From: Auanema rhodensis | Taxonomy: Eukaryota; Animalia; Nematoda | Direction: 5' to 3' | Length of the DNA: 64,000 nucleotides | NCBI GenBank assembly: GCA_964057225.1 | Contig: OZ059899.1 | Location: forward strand, 7,998,001-8,062,000 | Part shown: positions 28,547-40,391 of the stretch, in pieces | Numbering within the stretch: the stretch's first letter is position 1 | How the letters are laid out: each line of letters begins with the position of its first letter | Translations under genes and position numbers: made by a program | The notes under the pieces: model-generated | What the model saw: the letters and a program-made list of their open reading frames with translations, nothing else | Database searches by the model: none | What the model was told of the DNA's origin: nothing

Positions 28547-29765
28547 ATGAAAAGCGCAATTACGGCTATGAGAGACCTGGCAAGGCCATTTGTGTTTGGA
28601 ATGATCCATGTTCCAGCATTGCCGGGGTGTGTAATTCAGCAGATTTTCTGCTTTATATGACTAGTGTGTATCAAATGAATATTTTGGTGGTTCAGAACTC
28701 CACGAAATGTGAATTCAATGCGAGATATCTTACAAGTGGTTCGACGGGAAGCAACGATCTATGCAGAATCTGAAATTGTATGATCTTTCTAACTAGAAGT
28801 AAATTTGAAAAGTATTCAAAGTTTAGGATGGTATCATTGTCGAAAATATGCATGATATTCCATATGTAAAGAAATGTGGACCAGAAATTGTGTCTGGAAT
28901 GTCATTGGCATGTCAAGGTTTAATCTGATAGTCATATAATACAATTCAAAATTGGTGCTTTCACAGAAGTTAACAACATTCTTGGATCTCGTAGGAAAAA
29001 GTTTACTCTTGGTGTTCAAATTCTGGCTGGATGTAATGAAGAAGCCATGGCAGTCGCTTATAATACAGGTAACATCTTTGTTTATAGTTTTTCTTAACTT
29101 TTATGAAGATATCTCATATCTATCTAATATATCATATACATTTATATAGGATTTGATCTTATTCGAGCAGAAAGCTATGTATTTGCCCATGTCGCTGATG
29201 AAGGATGGATGGATGGCAGTGCAGGTCCTCTACTTAGGTTATCCTATTCGAATTATCTGATGACGATATCTATTCTAGATATCGCAAAAGCATAGGAGCG
29301 GAAAATATTGCAGTTATAACAGATATAAAGAAGAAACATTCGTAAGTTATGTACTATGCAGGAGCTAAGTATTGTGTTAACTTTCATGTCAGATCTCATG
29401 CGGTGACATCTGATTTATCTATTGGAGGGGTTGCTGAAGCTGCTGAGTTCTTCTGTGCGGACGGAGTAATCGTAACCGGAAGTTGTACGGGACAACAAGC
29501 AAACCGTAACGATCTTTTAGGTAATATATCAAATAAAAAAGGTCAGAGAAGATCTCTCGAATATGTTTCCTATTCAGAAGTAAAGAAAACGACAAAATTG
29601 GCTGTACTGATAGGCTCTGGAGTCACAGTGTCGAATGTACAGGATTTTAAAGAAGCTGATGGATTAATTGTTGGATCAGAATTTAAAAAGGGTGGGAAAT
29701 GGATGAATGAGCTTGAACCTCAACGAATTGTTAAATTCATGGAAAATATACAATCTTTGGTCTGA
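28547..29765 (+). CDS. BtpA/SgcQ family TIM-barrel protein (C. elegans F13E9.13-like)
   Basis: Spliced product contains GMIHVPALPGTP, DGIIVENMHDIPY, LGVQILAG, IRAESYVFAHVADEG, TDIKKKHSSHA, ADGVIVTG..TG, VLIGSGVT and ADGLIVGSEFK. Confidence 0.93.
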
Positions 29766-30636
29766 TTTTCTATTTATTCTTTCATTTTCAAATAGAAACA
29801 AAATATACTTGTAAGGTAAAGAATGCTTTTAATCACTTTAGAGAAAGTATAAATTACTTTATTTAATAAAATCTTTCAAACAAACGTATATGATTATTGT
29901 TTTTCAAAAAAAAACCAAATAAAAATTATTTTTGAAATCCAGTTCTATTATGCTGTTTAAGTAAAATAATATCAATTAAATTAAGATGGAAGACATGTTG
30001 AAATAAAAATAAAAATATTATTTATTGTTTTTGTAAGTAGAATTTATTAATGAAAAACTGATATCAATAATAGTTATTATATAGATTATTCATAATTTAT
30101 TGGAAGTTTCAATCTCTCTGTATATACTTGAATACATTACTAATTTGAAATAACGTGTCAATGATGATGAAGAAGAACTCGTGTAAATAATATAAATTTG
30201 AGAAAAAATATTAAATAAAAAAAGGAAATTATTTTTTTTTTCAAAGAACAGATAATTTTATCTATTTTCTCCGTACATATTGTCGTAGCGATAACAGAGT
30301 AAACTAAATCATTTCAATCTTTGACATTCTGATGTTAAAATATAATTTAAAAACATTCAATTTCCAAGTTATTGCCAGAATTATCTGTCAGTTTTCGTTG
30401 TTGTGTTATTTTGGTTCTTTCTTGCTATTTTTCGTCCTCAAAAACTGGAAAGCGAACGAGAAATGGGAGAGAAATAGAGATAGAGAGGATTGTATGATAT
30501 ATATGAAAAAACGTTGGATGTTTATTTGTTTCATAAGGTTGGAGAAATAGAGAGGAGAAAGGGGTTGCAGCCGTATGTGTGATTGTTATTATTATGATCT
30601 TATTTCTAAAAAAAACAAAGAGAGAAAAAGAAGAAA

Positions 30637-30638
<2 letters not shown>

Positions 30639-30680
<42 letters not shown>
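30639..30680. repeat. (GA)n microsatellite
   Basis: Uninterrupted GA run. Confidence 0.95.
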
Positions 30681-30683
<3 letters not shown>

Positions 30684-31451
30684 TCAGAGAGAGACTTTGG
30701 CTATTCTACGGAAGTTAACTAGTTCACTTAAAGGAATCGATAGGGCAAAAATAGCTAATAAGCGCATGGTTGCCATACTAAAATGCCCTTTCGTTCTACA
30801 TTATTATATTACATTTTCCTTTATATTTTTTATTTTTATTGTTGTTATGTAGGTAGTTTGAAGAGCATTGAAAAGAAAAACAAACAGCTAAAGCTGTTGA
30901 AGCTATCTTGTTAATAATGTTATTGTATTATAATTGATTTTATAAATATATAGTTATATATTTAGTAGTTATTTAGTACTATATTTAGATATAGTACACA
31001 TGATACATCATGCTTATCAATCATCATCATCTTACATCAAAAGATCAAATTTAAAATTGTCTTTGAAGCAACTTTAAAGCAAGTTATAAGTGATAATGAG
31101 ATAATTTATGCAAGAAAATGAAACACAACTGAAGAAATTCTGTGACACAAATGAATCTCAAATGAGATACTTTATCCTTTTCTTCTCTCTTTTACCCAAC
31201 AACCCACTCTTGAAATGGTACTTTCTTGAAAGTTAGGATGTGACCACTTTCTCTTTCTCCTTCAGTTCTCTCGATTTTGACGCCTTCGTCCTGGCACTTT
31301 CTCAATGTTTAGGTGTGACCACTTCCCCTATGTGGGACCTTCTTTTCTCTTCCTCACTGTGACCGAGCACAATCACACATTTGCTCCAGTTGAACTAGGC
31401 GCACGCAACGCGACACGCAAACGGGACTAGAGTAGTTAGAGTGAAGCGTCG

Positions 31452-31805
31452 ATGAGCAGAGACGCAGAGAAAGGCGAGAGGTATTATTTTCAACATAAGT
31501 TTTAGTTAGGTATGTAGTTAAGGAAACCGAGAAGGCTAAAGGTTTTCTGGGTAAAAACTAGAACCATCGATGTTAGTTTTGGTAAGTTTCAGTTGATTTT
31601 AATTAGAATTCCGAAAACAGTTAGGTGGCAGCCCAGATCGACAACGAATATAGTACGTCAGAAATGATTCCTTCGTTCTAAGTTGGTTGTCGATCTGGGT
31701 TCTTGGGCTCCGGCATCGTCGGTCCAGATGTAAGTTGATTTAATTAGAGAATTGGTTTAATTGTTATGTTTCAGGTTTTTGCAAAGCCAGAAAAGAAACG
31801 TGTGA
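31452..31805 (+). other. Candidate small multi-exon transcript (orphan peptide or lncRNA) with internal hairpin
   Basis: Possible 30-45 nt GT-AG introns (donors 31481, 31582, 31653, 31730), AATAAA at 31850, perfect 14-bp inverted repeat 31632-31645/31686-31699. No recognisable protein homology. Confidence 0.3.
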
Positions 31806-33253
31806 AGTAACTTTCTAAGTATTTTATGTAAAAAATTTTTTATGGTTTAAATAAACTTTAGCTTTAGAATATTACAATGAGTGTATAAATGTCTAGCTAA
31901 AAGCCACGGAAATTTTTGATTTTCAGTACAATTACAAGCTCTTCCAGGTCTAGGTTGGTCAGAAATTTCAGATCTTTAGTAAAATTCATTTATTGAGCAT
32001 AATTTTTATTCAAAAAAGTTAGCGCACATTTCTCGACCATTTCGACCATGGAATTCGACCACATTTTTTGATATAACGCATTTCGACCTTCTGATCATTT
32101 TTGAAAATTGTTGAAAATGCGACATTTTCGAAGAGTTGAGACACAAAATCAATAAAAATGGCTTAAAAATGAGAAAATTGAGAATAGGCGAAAAGGTGCG
32201 CCAGAACGGCAAAATACCTATTATTATTGTCCACAGAACTATCCTGATGAACATCATGAAGTTCCACGAATTGGTACCTCCTTCTGCTTATTGCTTGCTA
32301 TCTCCTCCTCTTTCGTTTTCTTTTTCTTTTTTTTTCGTTGTCTTCTTCAGATGTTGATGCATCATTCTTTCTCCTTTCTAACAACTACTTTTCATCTTTC
32401 TTTCTCTTCACTCTCTGATCGTTGTTGCTTTCCTTCTTTCTCTCTCTCTGATTCTCATCATGTTTTTTCACTTTCTTCCGTTGCCACACACACCCTTTAT
32501 AGTTAGTTCCAAGAGCGATAACATTGTTGAATGACGTACTTCATCGTCTATGCAAGTTATTAAATATTATAATATACTATCTACGGTTTTAACTTTCAAT
32601 ATATTGCTTGAAATGCGGCAAATTTTCTTCTTTCTACGTATTTTGTGTAAATATGTTTTCTCAGTATGCTATGTGTACTTTCTTCGCAATCGTCAAACTT
32701 TGCTTTGCTTCTTTTTTTCATCAAATGTGCTCAGCTTGTTTTCCAATAAAGTTCTTGGCTGTTCATTCGAATTAGTTATCTAAAACTGAGTATTGTCCAC
32801 TAGTTCATGTTAGAAACGGTATTATTCATAGAAATATCAACAAAATAATATAGTTTAATGTATTATAATGAAGACACAATTATAGAAATATCATTATTTC
32901 ATTGTAAAAAGAATTTTTAAATATTATATATCACTCATCTATTATTACTTTTTCTTTAAGTATACTTGATTTAAATTCCGTATTTATTTCTTAGTCATTT
33001 CAGCCAAAGTTCTCCAGGCTGCTCCCATCGATCGTGCCTCGAATGGCATGTTCTCGATGAGAACATTCTTCTCAGCTTGTTTTTCTTTCCATGCTCCTAA
33101 CTTAACAATTGTTTGATAATCTAGCTTCTATATAAACCTTTTTCATATCGTCATATGCTATTCTTGGTTCTTATTACTATCGTATTGTAAAATAAATTAT
33201 GATTTTAATTCTAAAGAACTATTCAATTTTTTGAATTCTGTTTCAGAATTGAA

Positions 33254-33564
33254 ATGAGCAATCAAAATTCCGTGGCTGACATCCCACAAGCTCATGTTTC
33301 CGGAAACGATATTTTGGTTAGTTGATATGATGATTGTGAAAGATAAATAAATCTACAGCCTCTTCATTATTCTCCTTATATATTAGAAAACATCACAAAA
33401 CAAGCAAAGTTTGTTTTCAGAAGGACAACTTGAAATCAGCTGAAGTGACTATTGCCGACCTGATAGACTTCAACGTTTCTGCTGCTGCTCCAGCCAAAAC
33501 CACTAATTCAACAAATTCCTCTTCTCCCCCACCCACAGCACAAAGCACCCACCTGCTTGACTGA
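33254..33564 (+). CDS. Small (~68 aa) protein of unknown function
   Basis: TTTCAG at 33241-33246 just before ATG. Exon 33254-33316 splices in phase 0 to the TTTTCAG acceptor at 33421, giving MSNQNSVADIPQAHVSGNDIL-KDNLKSAEVTIADLIDFNVSAAAPAKTTNSTNSSSPPPTAQSTHLLD*. Confidence 0.5.
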
Positions 33565-34236
33565 ATTATTTTTTGATTTTGCATGAAATCCTAGTGGGAC
33601 TTTAGAGCATTTTTAACAAGTTCTCTTGTCATCTCTTCCGTTTTTCATTCGCTTCTCACTTCTCAACTATTATTATTCTTGAAAGCTCAACAAATTTTAA
33701 AGATTACCTCAATATAAACCTTGTAGATAATGCTAGTGATAACAATTTTGTACAAAAGAATTATAAATATGTGTATATACATATAAGAAAGTATATATTT
33801 ATAAATTGTGTCATTATTTATAAATCTTAGTTTTTATTAAAACTTTAAACACTAAAAAAAAGTAATTGAAAAGTATAAAAACAATCAAAGAGGATGGTAA
33901 TGATGTAGTTTAAAAAACTCAGACCCGCACAAATAATAGTAATGTTCTCTAAATTCTACAAATGCCTTTTTATTGACTTAACACAAAACCTGTCACAATT
34001 AAGTCGTAGACTGTAATAGATTTCTTTGAAACAACCTGTTCAACAATGTAAAATTTACAAAGAAAGAAATATTAATGGAACTGCTTATTAATACAGCATA
34101 TGTGTACAAGCATGGTTAGATGCCAGAGGGAGAGAGAGAGAAACGGAGATCTTTTGCAGTTTTTTCCCAAATAGGGCTCAAATCAGCATGACGGGCAAAA
34201 CCGCTGACTGGCGAAACCAGGGGCAGATTGCTTGTA

Positions 34237-37116
34237 TTAATATCCTCCAGCATTTGGAAGATATACAGGACTTGCATCAGAGCCTAGGAATGAGCTGGAC
34301 CACATAAGATTACCAGCGCCCAGCATACCCAAAACAGGAGAATTTGAGCGCGAGCTAAAAGTAATTTTATTACTAAACGCTGCCTACGATAACAACTTAA
34401 CCTCATAATTTTCGTAAAATATTCATCTAACGTTTGACATTATGAGAACATTTTCAAAACGTGGTTAACGCAAAGATAAACAGCTTACCTGTCAAATATG
34501 CCCATTTGGTTAGGATACATGTCAAAATCAAACTCTTGTGGAGGATCAGCCAGTGTTTCTTCCCTAAACAATGTGAAAATTATTATTAAATAAAAGAATA
34601 ATATCAGTACATATCAGCTGGACGATAATGATTTTGCTGATGAGTTTGTAATGAAGCAGCTTGAGAATTATGATGAGAATTATGATGAGAATGATGTTGA
34701 TGTTGATGCTGAGGCTGAGGCTGTGGCTGTGGCTGCTCTTGTTGATGGAAATGGTTTCGGTAGTTTATATCATTCGTTTCTTGAGCAGGAGGATGATCAA
34801 TTCCGGGAATATTTTTTGTTATACTCGGTTTCTCTTCGGCATCAGCAAGAATCAATTCCTCCATAAGAATATCTATTCGAGCAACACCCGTAAGCTTTGT
34901 CACAAGCACATCCTCACTCACAGAATTGGCTAATGACTGGAATGAGAAAAATATAAAATGCTTATTATTCAACAACTTTAGCTTACCGTTAAAGGAGTTA
35001 GAACAAAAAAGGTAAGATCGCCAATTCTAGTGATATCACTTGGTTTATTCTTGCGCACATAGTGTTCCAATGCAGAAAAAATTCGTCTTCTCGTCTCAAG
35101 CACTTTTAAAACGGATTGCGATGACAATCCTTTAGCAACAGGGTTGAATAAAATGCAGGCTTTCAAGGCCACAAATTCTGCATCATCCATCTTTAAAAAT
35201 CGCATCGGTGCAACCAGCTGATCCATAACTCTCTCACAATCACGTAAAAAGAAATACTGCTCACTGTAAGAAAAACTGCTTTTTCAAAGATAATCAATAA
35301 AAGCGAAACTTTTTCGCCCTGCTTTGTCGAGTTGGTCTTGGAATATAACTGTCGTTGAGAAGTCTCAGAAAATCAGCAGCTTCTTTAGAACGGTAAGCAA
35401 CGCAAAGTACCACGTGTTGTGCAGCGAAATTTTTCAAAAGCGCTGTCTAAACGACAAGTTTAAACAACCAATAATAGATGTGTTGTTTTACTTGATCATC
35501 AGCTGATAGTTCAACAAACGGTTGCAGTGTCTTAGCCCATTCAATAACTAACAGTAGCTGACTATGCATAGATTTGAATATATCATTAACAGTCGCTGCT
35601 CTAGAACCATTGTTCGATGATAAATTCTAAAATTTCAAAATGTATAAAAATAATTTCGATTAGATTACTAAATCTTCAGGTTTTATAGTGTACTCTACGT
35701 TTCCGGTCTGTTGAATTACAGTATCTCTCAGATTTTGAATAGTAGATTCAGATTGCAAAAGAAAATCAATAATGGCTGAAGGCATAGACCAAATATCATC
35801 TGAACTCGTAGGAGAGTAAGAAGCTGGAATATCAGGTGATGTTCGTTTAGGTGAATCTCTCCTGCAATAAATTAGATGAGAGAAGGATACTTATCAACCC
35901 TAGTTTACCCTTCTTCACTACTTTGGTGTCGTTTCATGCCAACAGGTCTTCCATTCGAAGTTGTAGAGTTAGCTCTGTTTCGTTTTCCAATCACATCTCT
36001 CTCGTTCTGTAAACGATTGAGAAAATATCACAATAAACACTAGCTTTCAATGTTAACATTCCAACATTTCCTACATTTATTACTTTATAGATTAATTTTT
36101 AACTTCAAAATTGAAGGATTTTGACAATAGTGAGTCCAGGATGATTTTTGACAAGATACTTTACAAAATTTCAGCCTGACCTGAACCTGCTCCTCTCGCA
36201 TGCCAGCATTGATACATCGGGTATAGCGACAAAATCGACAGACAGCCCTATTATCTAAACAGACAATAAATACAGTCTTTTAATGAGAAAAAGAGTGGTG
36301 AAATTCAATTAATTTTTATAGCCCCTAGTGCTTAGCTTGATGTTTGTTAGAAAACTGTGTCTAAGATAATATTGGTAACGCGACAACTGGCATACTGAAA
36401 GTGGGAGGCCGGAGACCAAACAAAACATCTGCATTACACTTTATTTATACGTCAAGAAGACCAGTTTCAATTCGAAAGAGAGTTCTAACCAATTTTTGCA
36501 CAGAAGATGAACTCACGTTTTGATATGTCACAGCGTCGTTCGAACCTACACTCATAATTATATCCGCGTCTGATGGTCCTACGGAAAAATCCTAAAGAAA
36601 ACAGCTATTCAAATAGAACAGTACTCAAAGTTGCCGAACAAATAGACGCACTTCACAAACTACAAACCTTTACATCCGTTGCAAGCAATAGCTCCATAGT
36701 GTCTTCCGGTAGCGACATCTCCGCACACTAAGCATGTTGAACAGTCGCGCGGTTCTTGTGTGGATACTCCTACAAGTAGATGTGTTTTAACTAATTTTAT
36801 ATAGAGGAAATAATTCAGATGAGAGGAACGGTTAGAAAAATATTCTTTCTTCGATCTAGATAACATTTGAACACTTAGAAATTAAAACCAAAACATTAAC
36901 AGTGGACAACTATCTTCATATTTTTTTAAACATTTTTTAATATAGCGGAAGATAAATGAGAATAGCATATATGTCAAGAAAAATAAAAAATGCTATACAC
37001 TTTTATTTGTCTGATAAGACAAGAACATTAGAAACCCAAGGTTAAAATTATTTAAAACTGATCAACTAACCTTCCATCAGTCCTTTCGTTTCATCAATCT
37101 CGAGCTCTCGTTTCAT
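34237..37116 (-). CDS. nhr-35: HNF4-type nuclear hormone receptor
   Basis: [48 protein letters not shown]...[51 protein letters not shown]...[30 protein letters not shown]-rich C-terminal region. ATG at 37116, TAA 34239-34237. Symbol from recalled similarity of the DBD. Confidence 0.85.
34655..34740 (-). repeat. Coding low-complexity repeat (QP)n/(QH)n/(HHNS)n in the receptor C-terminal region
   Basis: Translates as [28 protein letters not shown]. Confidence 0.85.
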
Positions 37117-40100
37117 TACCCCCTAAACTTGAAAGAAGTTAATATGGCGAAGATGGTAATGAAAAACAGACATAAAGTAATAGTCAACACATAAGAGGAA
37201 TATATGTAGACAAGTGATAAGAACAAAAGCAAAAAAAGATGATGGCAGTATGTGTGTATGTCCGTCCGTATATATGTGTGGTAGGTGGTGGGGAGGGGGT
37301 AAGAAAACAAGTAGCCCTCTCTCTTTCCTTCCAACCAACACCCTACAACCACACAGGAAGAAGAGAAGAAGAAAAGCGAATGAGAAAAAAAAAGAGAAGA
37401 TCAGAGTGGACGTTATCAGCCATTCGGCAATTATCTAATGATAATTCATTCAGTTTTTATACGAAACATGAGAAAACTACACTGAAACAAGACAAGACGA
37501 GTTAAAATGTTCGGTAGATGTAACGACACGAAAAATTTTCAACGCAGTGAAAAGATAATAGATAGTCAAGCTAAACGTCAAAATATAACAGAGACCTATT
37601 AATTTTAAATGAGATGTGATTTGATGGCTCATAGAAAGGACATTATTATGATAAAATTAACACTGAAAAAACTATTTAAGACGACCAATGCAATATTCAA
37701 ATAAAAAAAACTAAAGACCATCATAACCTAGCAAGTAATATTCCATTATATGAGAATAATATCACTATTGTTATCTAGTATTGTATTTGCTTCTGTAGAA
37801 AAACATTGATATAACAAAATAATAGATATGTATAGAGAGGAGTGATTGTAGATATTAGATGTTCCAGCTTGAGTAAAAAATCAGAAGTTCCAACAGTAAG
37901 TTTAACCGACACGCTAGTTGATTCTCTCAGAATCGTTGGCGCCTCTTGCCCCACTTATTTCTTATGTGTCCACTATCGAAATAAAATAATTGATAACGGG
38001 ACAAGGAAAGAGAGAGCAGAGAGGGCAGACCCCGAAAAGTTGGCGGCGGTGACAATAGTAATAAGACAGGAGAGGGACAAAGTGCAAGCCTGCGCAATAG
38101 AGGTCACGCGTCGGCATGAGACTTCCACCATACCTTTTTGTGCTTTTCGCAAATTTTTGAAATTAATTAAAGCTTTTAAACTTCTATTTCTCTAAATAAC
38201 AATAACTGTTTCTGTAATTGTCGAATATTATGATAAAAAAAAGTAAAAACATCATTTGAGGTGAGAAAAAGGCAAGAATTCTGGTATTATAAGCAAGAAC
38301 AATTGAAATAGGTAGTTGAAAGCCAAATTAGAGATTCGGGAATCGAATTAACCACGACTGTAGGATAAAGACAAATAGGAGCTAATTTGTCAGATACAAG
38401 ATGGGCTTGTTATTCAAGAAATCAACGAAAATCATTTCGGGCAGAGAAGATTCGAAAACAAAAACGACTGCATAATTACCATGGAAACTTGAATATCACT
38501 TTAATTAATGATGAAAAAATGGGAAATACCTAGTTGGTTGATGACTCATTTGCATGAACAATAGAAGGATCAAGGTCTACCATAAAATGTAGTTATGAAC
38601 ACTTTTAGTTGTAGAGAAGATGTTATAAGATAAGAAAAATCAATATTAGACCTCCTTGGGTTAAGTGTATTGACAAGATCAATGAGACTACGATATCCTT
38701 ACGTTAACTTTACGGAAACAGAGTAACTTCTTCATACAAAAATAAGAAAAAAAGAGAAAGAAACTGTTTATGAATTGCCTAACAAGCCTGATAAAGAACA
38801 GTGATAGTACACGCTTGATAAATCATGACTGTTCTCTGTAGTAAATTTTCTGTATAAATCAAGAGAGACTGCGCATTGTAGTATAGCAAACGACTAAACT
38901 GACCAACTAATGTAGAAGCAAACAGCAAGACGGAAGAAGAGTAAAATCAAAAAAATGAGGATGTTGGCATGAACAGCAGTTCTCAACGACCTGTGATCGC
39001 TCGGAATGACTAGAAAAAGAACAGCTGCCTTGGAAAATCTAAAACAGAGATGTTTTCGATGACGTCATATGTCCTTTAACCGTGAAAACGGCAAACAGAC
39101 GAACCATGAACCCACAGAAACACTAGAGTTTACTTTGAAACAACACAAATTGATTAAATAGTGAAAGCTAATTACTGTCATAAATCTAGAAAGATAACGA
39201 AAAGATCGAAAAAGAACGTGGATGAGGTAATTGACTCAGCGGCCACTCTCGCAACAAATGTTTATCAATTAATGAATATTTCTGAAATTTTCTGTATATT
39301 TAATTCACTCTCTCAGGAGACCATTGAAACAGTGAAGTTTGAAGTATAATAAGGAAATATTTTAAAATGATCAAACAACTAGCGCAAATCAGATGATATG
39401 CAATGTAATCGGAAAGGCAAAGCACAACAGTGATACTAAAACCGGACTAACATTATGTTGCTTTTTAAGAACACTATTTCAATTGTAAAAATTTAAAATG
39501 AGACATAACTTGCAATGCTTGAAAGGGTACATTGTATCCGAATATCAAATGAAGATACTAGCTAAATAATTGCTCAAAAGAGTCAGTGAAACAAGTAGTA
39601 ATAAAAGTTTAGTAAATAAATCGGTATTAATTAATATGAATGACCGTGGCCTATTTAAGTAGTGTGGTTCGATTGATAAAAGATTAAATGAGTTATCGAT
39701 ATTACCACAATTATAGAGAGCAATATAACTCAGCTGTTAAATAAGGAAATATGACATGCCAGAACAAATATAATAAGTTAGCACATCCTAGAAAATGCCA
39801 CACTCTTATGTATTTCATTTACTCCATTTGCTCAAAACTGAAACCACACACAGCGTTCGTTTTAAGACGCGAAAACAATTGTTTTCTGATTTTAAATAAT
39901 TCATGCCGTTAGGTCAGCAAGAAAGATCAACAGATCGATTATTTATTTTTTACAATAGCAAAAAATAAAGTGTAATCGGGCACAAAAAGTTATTATACTT
40001 ATTAACATAAGTTAATATAACGGCTTTGAGGTTTATCAAATCTATATAATAACATAAAGGTGCAAAGTACATATATTGAGTTGTTCTCTAATAAACATGA

Positions 40101-40391
40101 TTTGTTATAGTTATGATGATCTACCTAGAAATGAAATTGGTTCCCAGTATGGACTTCGCGCCCTTTACTATATCTACACTGTAATAATATGACTTATACT
40201 CAATATCGGGATCAGTAACATATATCAACTTTCTTACTTTCTTTTGAGAGAGACCTTAGCTAGTGCTTTTAGTTATTATTAATATAATACTTATCGAATC
40301 ATCAAATAGCTCATGACTTTCGGTATATTATTTTAGTGCGTTGCTTGGCGTTTTTAAGTAGGCAAGTAGCTTCAACCTCTTTTGTTACTGT

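Noticed and set aside
39075-39088. TTTAACCGTGAAAA resembling part of nematode U5 snRNA
   Set aside because: No invariant loop I (GCCTTTTAC) or Sm site follows; chance match.
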